64,000 bases of DNA from Limnothrix sp. BL-A-16 (GTDB taxonomy: Bacteria > Cyanobacteriota > Cyanobacteriia > CACIAM-69d): NCBI GenBank assembly GCA_041937175.2, contig CP166615.1, positions 224,001 through 288,000 on the forward strand, read 5' to 3'. This document shows, in pieces, positions 61,352 through 64,000 of this stretch (position 1 is its first letter; every line of letters begins with the position of its first letter). Below the pieces are notes generated by a model, which saw nothing but the letters and a program-made list of their open reading frames with translations, did no database searches and had not been told where the DNA came from. Position numbers and translations under genes: made by a program.

Positions 61352-62299
61352 TTAGCGAGCTGCTGAGCGATCGCGCTTGAGGCGATCGAGCAACACTTGG
61401 GCATCCTTCAACAGTTGAGTGCCCCAGAGGTTGTCCTTCAGGTACTGCAAATCCGCATAGCGCTCATCGGTGTCCAAAGCTTCCTGGGCCAGGGCTAAAC
61501 CCTTCAGGCAGTTGGGATCTCGGGCTTGGCTTTGGCAACCGGCAGCGGTATAGGTGGCCGTGGCGATCGCCAGTTTGGGTTCTGCGGCGGTTGGATCCAC
61601 GGCCAAAGCCGCTTCCCACTCCTTGAGGGCATTTTCCCGATCGCCCAACTCATACAGCGCCAATCCGATATTGTTCACCGCCGGCCACATCCGTGCTTCC
61701 AGGGTCACCGCTTGCCGAAACTGCTCGATCGCCTGCTGAAACCGGCCCATGGTCAGGTAAACATTCCCCAAATCGAACCGGCCCGTGGGCGAGTCCTGAA
61801 GCTTAAGGCCCGCCTGCAACGTGGTTAGCGCCTCATCCCAGCGCTTCTGTTGCCCGTAGGCCGACCCTAACGCCAACAATACCGATGGATCTTCCGGAGC
61901 CAAGGCCCGGGCCGATTCCAGTACCTGAATGCCCCGATCGACCTGTTGAGATTGGAGATATAAACCGCCCATCAATCGCAAAACCTGCGGATTTTTGGGA
62001 GCAAGATAGGCCGCCACTCGAATGCGGGCCAGGGCCTCATCGTATTGCTCAAACTGCACCAATCGCGCCGCATCTTGGGCTAGATCCAAAGCCTGCTCAG
62101 ACCACTGGGGATCAATCGGTGGTGCATAGGGCAGCAACACTTCTGCCCGGGCCGGCATGGATAGCCCCATGCAACCCCAAAGCACAGCCAGAACCTGAAG
62201 CGCTCGAATGCTCTGTTTTTTCAAGCTCAGTTTGCCCAGTTTGCTCACAGTCCTGTTTATCCAATGCTGCTGACAACGATCACAAGGCCATCTTAGCAA
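61352..62299 (-). CDS. TPR protein with signal peptide
   Basis: Multiple TPRs (FDLGNVYL, AVNNIGLALYE); start uncertain. Confidence 0.8.
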   Translation of the reverse strand: MLRWPCDRCQQHWINRTVSKLGKLSLKKQSIRALQVLAVLWGCMGLSMPARAEVLLPYAPPIDPQWSEQALDLAQDAARLVQFEQYDEALARIRVAAYLAPKNPQVLRLMGGLYLQSQQVDRGIQVLESARALAPEDPSVLLALGSAYGQQKRWDEALTTLQAGLKLQDSPTGRFDLGNVYLTMGRFQQAIEQFRQAVTLEARMWPAVNNIGLALYELGDRENALKEWEAALAVDPTAAEPKLAIATATYTAAGCQSQARDPNCLKGLALAQEALDTDERYADLQYLKDNLWGTQLLKDAQVLLDRLKRDRSAAR

Positions 62300-62468
62300 C
62301 CTGAATTAATCCGGCGGGCAATTAATCCGGCTTGGCGGCTGGACAGGGGCCCAAAACTGGGTTGGGTTCAAGACCCGATCGCCCAATATCCCTGGAATCC
62401 CGCGCGATCCCAGGTGTTGCCAGGGGGAAATTGGCCCGACTTCGAGATTCCAGACGCTCCTTCAGGTG

Positions 62469-62831
62469 CTACTTCAACAGTTGCCGCACCGTGTCAATCA
62501 GCTCTTCCGGTTGGAAGGGCTTGGCGATGTAAGCATCGGCCCCTTGTTTCATGCCCCAGTAGCGATCGAACTCTTCGCTCTTGCTGGTGCAAAGCACCAC
62601 GGGCACATCCTTTCGGTTGTTATCCGACTTCATCCAACGACAAAATTCATAGCCATTCATCCGGGGCATCACAATGTCTGTGATCACCAAATCCGGAGCA
62701 CTGGCCTCAAATTGCACCTGTGCCTCTACCCCATCGCCCGCCAAAACCGTCGTCATGCCGTGTTTTTGGAGGAGTGCGGCAATCATCTCGCGCATCGTTG
62801 CGCTGTCATCGACAATTAGCACCTTACTCAC
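62469..62831 (-). CDS. Single-domain response regulator, PilH/PixH-like
   Basis: VLIVDDS, DIVMPRMNGYE, DRYWGMKQGADAYIAKPF; AGGAGG before GTG 62831. Confidence 0.9.
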   Translation of the reverse strand: MSKVLIVDDSATMREMIAALLQKHGMTTVLAGDGVEAQVQFEASAPDLVITDIVMPRMNGYEFCRWMKSDNNRKDVPVVLCTSKSEEFDRYWGMKQGADAYIAKPFQPEELIDTVRQLLK

Positions 62832-62890
62832 GACATCCTCCTTCGCAGTTGGCGGCGGTTGCTGACCGCCATCCCTCGCAATCGGGCGAG

Positions 62891-63370
62891 TTAACCACCC
62901 ATGATATGTACCACAACTTCGCGCGTGCGACCGTGCTGTCGATGTTCCCAGAGATAGATTCCCTGCCAAATCCCCAGTCCCAGTTGACCATGCACGATCG
63001 GAATTTGTTCAGAAGTGTGGGTCAAGGCGGTGCGAATGTGGGCCGGCATGTCGTCGGGCCCTTCGGCACTGTGTTGGTAGGGAGCCGATTCGGGGACGAG
63101 GCCGGCGAGGAAGGTTTCCAGGTCTTGCAACACGTCAGAATCGGCGTTTTCCTGGATCACCAGACTGGCGGAGGTATGCTGCACAAACAGCGTACAGAGG
63201 CCGGTGGTCACTCCCGATCGCGCCACCAGTTCCGCGATCGCGCTGGTGATGTTGTGCAACCGTTTGCCTTGGGTTGAAAGGCGCAGTACCTGTTGCACAT
63301 GGGTCGTTTGCGATCGCTGGTCGATCGCCCCAACCGAAATGACAGTGGCGGAGGCGCTAGAACGACTCAT
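62891..63370 (-). CDS. YjbQ (UPF0047) family protein
   Basis: HTSASLVIQENAD, DDMPAHI, LGIWQGIYLWEH. Confidence 0.9.
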   Translation of the reverse strand: MSRSSASATVISVGAIDQRSQTTHVQQVLRLSTQGKRLHNITSAIAELVARSGVTTGLCTLFVQHTSASLVIQENADSDVLQDLETFLAGLVPESAPYQHSAEGPDDMPAHIRTALTHTSEQIPIVHGQLGLGIWQGIYLWEHRQHGRTREVVVHIMGG

Positions 63371-63526
63371 GGAAACTGGAATAGGGACTGAAAAAGTTCT
63401 GCATGGAGCGATCGAAATATTTCAAAAAGCAATTCTTCACAAACAACCACGAACAATCACAAACAATTATTCATGGATCCGGATCGGTCGCTCTATTCCG
63501 ATGCAAGACCGCCATCAAAAATAGGG

Positions 63527-63721
63527 TTGACATCCTCCCCACCGCAAGCGAACGGGGATTTCCAAACCTCACGATTTGGGTTTCTGCTTCATCATGCCAG
63601 CCCTCTGAGATTGGCTCTCTTCGGGTCTTGCGGTTGCTCCACAGACTGAAACCGCTAGCCCAGCGGCCACCTGTAATTTAGCATGCCCTGAAAGGGCGGG
63701 GTTTTAGACCCAAATTTTTCT
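63527..63721 (-). mobile_element. Non-autonomous IS200/IS605 mini-element (left end + omegaRNA-like right end, no ORF)
   Basis: Minus strand: TTAT, then left end AGAAAAATTTGGGTCTAAAACCCCGCCCTTTCAGGGC, tnpB-tail-like GCCGCTGGGCTAGCGGTTTCAGTCTGTGGAG, right end ATCCCCG...GGGGAGGATGTCAA. Confidence 0.75.
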
Positions 63722-63917
63722 ATAAACCGACTTTTGGCGAGATTTATGGACAGGATTTCCGCCATTGACCGCTTCGGTTCACCAATTTTAGGTGAAGGCT
63801 GAGGGCTGGTTGGACGGTGGTTGGATACTGATTCTGGGTGGTTATTTTGGACGATCGCTCTCAATCGTTCCAAGCGGCAACGGGGCCATGGGAGCCATGA
63901 ATTTTGGGGATCCATCA

Positions 63918-64000
63918 TCAAAAAGCTCGCCACCGCACGGAAAAATAGAGGCCATTTTCCTGCCAGGTGTCTTGGTCTGGGTTGTCCACCTCCACCAGGG
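63918..64000 (-). CDS. C-terminus of a ShlB/FhaC-like outer-membrane protein (starts beyond window)
   Basis: Minus frame reads LVEVDNPDQDTWQENGLYFSVRWRAF-stop, with terminal Phe; not in the ORF track. Confidence 0.6.
   Translation of the reverse strand, partial: LVEVDNPDQDTWQENGLYFSVRWRAF

Noticed and set aside
63655..63933. 92-aa ORF
   Set aside because: Overlaps the ShlB-like stop and runs into the IS605 mini-element; no recognisable motif
1..64000. GCGATCGC over-representation as a novel signal; tRNA/rRNA genes
   Set aside because: This is the known cyanobacterial HIP1 motif; no tRNA or rRNA gene was recognised

Overview
Cyanobacterial chromosomal window (dense HIP1 GCGATCGC sites; ado-aar-accA, psb32, psb28, ftsH2). 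Most of it is core genes: alkane synthesis, serA, gpmI-secG, rpmI-rplT, tatC, sigG/anti-sigma, ftsH2, mraY and argS. The standout region is an accessory island at ~3.7-11.6 kb. It holds two FGE/CLec-type paralogs whose C-termini differ in a DGR-variable-region-like pattern and a Trypco1-like small gene. Divergent from that gene is a 1651-aa caspase-like protease / STAND-like NTPase / HAT-TPR protein with 18 near-identical 102-bp repeats that vary combinatorially at a few residues, a candidate NLR-like immune system. Also present: a hybrid kinase with two cyanobacteriochrome GAFs, an IS5-family element and a MITE sharing its ends, two more MITE families carrying the same REP palindrome, and IS605/TnpB-derived relics including a 195-bp protein-free element that retains an omegaRNA-like scaffold. 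Family assignments come from motif recognition by eye; no database searches were run.
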